The notes beneath the pieces are model-generated. The model saw only the letters and a program-made list of their open reading frames with translations, searched no databases and was not told the origin of the DNA. A program made the position numbers and the translations under genes. A stretch of 63,971 nt of DNA, filler included, from Phoronis australis (lineage: Eukaryota; Animalia; Phoronida), in NCBI GenBank assembly GCA_002633005.1. It is 6 parts of 6 records of this genome, joined end to end, with 100 filler letters (N's around TTAATTAATTAA, not from the genome) between each part and the next. Parts side by side here need not be neighbours in the genome. Positions count along the whole stretch, not along the records: positions 61,467 to 63,971 come from NMRA01003643.1; 5 more parts are not named here. One strand, 5' to 3'. Below are positions 62,161-63,971 of this stretch, piece after piece (position 1 is the stretch's first letter; every line of letters begins with the position of its first letter).

Positions 62161-63971
62161 TTTTTATGGACCCACATATTTTTACGTGGGTGCACATTCC
62201 TGTCATCTCTGTCTGTCGGGGCGTCCGTCGTCCGGCGTCCGCAGCTGTGTCTCCTGAACCCCTCAATTCTTGATGAGATTTGGCAGATGTGTTCCTATGA
62301 NTGAGATTTGGCAGATGTGTTCCTATTTCGTATGGACCCGACTATTGGGGTCCCCGCTAGTGGCAATTTTCTTTTTTACGTTTACCTCTGTATCTTCAAA
62401 GGTCATGGACGGATTTTCATGAAACTTGATGAGGTGACACTAACCTCCTGTTTTCAGGTGGATTTGACGTGTTTTGCGCCACCTAGTGGTCATTTTTACT
62501 GTTTTTGAGTCTGTTTCTTGGCGTCGGCCTCTCCATCAACCAAACCGCTCTAAGGATGATTGTGAAAATTGTCATGTACGTTCTTACTGTGAAAAGGGCG
62601 ATTGACGATGATTTTCCGACGACATTGTCCACTGTGGCGCCTAAGGCATGTATCTGTTAAACGCTCTTCAAGATCTTTCTTAAATTTAGCAAGTATATTT
62701 ATATGACGTTGACAACAGACGACGACGACTTTCGGACGGATCGGACTACTGGGCCCGGTCTCCAATCTTTTTACTCGAAATGGAACTCGAAATTAGGTTT
62801 GGCATTTTCTACTCTACTTTTGGGCGAACTCAAGATAAGTGTCTATTTTTCTATGTTCGAGTACACAATAACTTACGTAGATAATTTATTGCCCTTAGTT
62901 CACAGTTTGTAAACCCAATATTAAAACAATAAGTTCGAGTTTGAACTCGAAATTTCGAGTTTTTACTCGAGTTTGTAGGACGAATATAGGGGTCTTCAAG
63001 GGCAAACTTGAACCAGAAACTCCTATGCATAAACTACAATGTATTCGAGCACAGTCTGATAACCAATTATCTTAAGTTCGCACAAAAGGAGCAGAGAAAT
63101 TGACAAAAATAGTTTCGAGTTCGTTTCGAGTGCAAAGATTAGAGACCGGGCCCTGGTGTGCCTCCTATTGGCAATTTTATTTTTTTACGTTTACATCTGT
63201 ATCTAAAAGATCCTCAACGGTTTTTCATAAAATTTGGCTGATAGGTATTTGACAACCGATGACAGCGACTTTCAAACATAGTCGACGATCTCTGTGCCCT
63301 CTAGTGGCAATTTCATTTTTTCCGTTTTCCTCATTCTGTTTTTTTTGAAGTTCCTTGATGGATATCTATGAAACTTAATAAATAGCTTTCTATTAAAGAA
63401 ATGATGGCATATTTCTAGTGTTCAGATGGAGTTGACGTACTTTGCGCCATCTAGTGGACATTTTTATTGTTATGGAGTCAGTTTTTTGCCCTCGCACCTC
63501 TGTCAACCAAACCGCTCTAAAGATGATTGTGAAAATTAGCATAATTATGTTCTTAGTGTGAAGAGAAGGTTGACGATGATTTTTCGACGACTGTGGCGCC
63601 GCCTAGTGGCAGTTTGTTTGCTTCCATAGCTGTATCTCTTAAACCCACTGCAGGATCTTTGTTGAATTTAGCAAGTATAATTATATGAAGTTGACAACGG
63701 ACGACGATTTTTAAATGGATCCGACGAACGCTGTGCCACCTAGTGGCAATTTCATTTGTTTTCCGTTTCCTCTGTTTCTCTAAAGTTCCTTCGCGGAATT
63801 TTCTGAAATTTGGTAAATAGCTTTTTATTAAACAAACGATGACATATTGTCGTTATCGGATAGATTCGACGTATTTTGCGCCATCTAGTGGCCATTTCTA
63901 GGACACAATCAACATATCTAGAAGCACAGTGTTAATTGCGATGCATTCGTGGGCGCATTTCAACGCTCTGC
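62161..63971 (+). mobile_element. Near full-length Helentron-associated (HINE/DINE-1-like) element with a CTCF-like motif array
   Basis: T-run, 5' subTIR ATGGACCCAC (62166-75), partner inverted repeat GTGGGTGCAC (62186-95), GTCT/GTCC-rich tract (~62209-62240), ~145-bp monomers, 3' subTIR GTGGGCGCAT (63949-58) and the start of the terminal hairpin at the window edge. Confidence 0.8.
62752..63152. mobile_element. PIF/Harbinger-like MITE nested in the Helentron-like element
   Basis: TIRs GGCCCGGTCTCCAATCTTTTTACTCGAAA / TTTCGAGTGCAAAGATTAGAGACCGGGCC; 3-bp TSD CTG (62749-51 and 63153-55). Confidence 0.85.

Noticed and set aside
62273-62326. 25-bp direct duplication
   Set aside because: The copies are split by a single N, which points to an assembly overlap artefact.

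Overview
AT-rich, intron-rich animal (invertebrate-like) genomic DNA. Five identical 100-nt spacers (N44-TTAATTAATTAA-N44) join six pieces, and three of the joins break or separate genes, so neighbourhood across them is not reliable. Spliced genes reconstructed by hand from GT-AG exons with consistent phase: 3' end of a ClC-2-type chloride channel (+), 3' end of calsyntenin (-), two exons of an otoferlin-like ferlin C2B domain (-), first 10 coding exons of ECM29/ECPAS (-), 5' part of snurportin-1 (+), most of the Obg GTPase MTG2 (+) and a complete eIF2B-alpha gene (-). Introns hold many non-autonomous DNA transposons with readable TIRs and TSDs. The two most notable observations are (i) a Helentron-like element, in two copies, whose body is an array of ~145-bp monomers each carrying a co-oriented CTCF-like motif, and (ii) an uninterrupted IS630/Tc1-type transposase ORF with a DD71E spacing, antisense in an MTG2 intron. 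Most short ORFs in the supplied track are not real genes. Protein identities come from my recall of family sequences, not from database searches.
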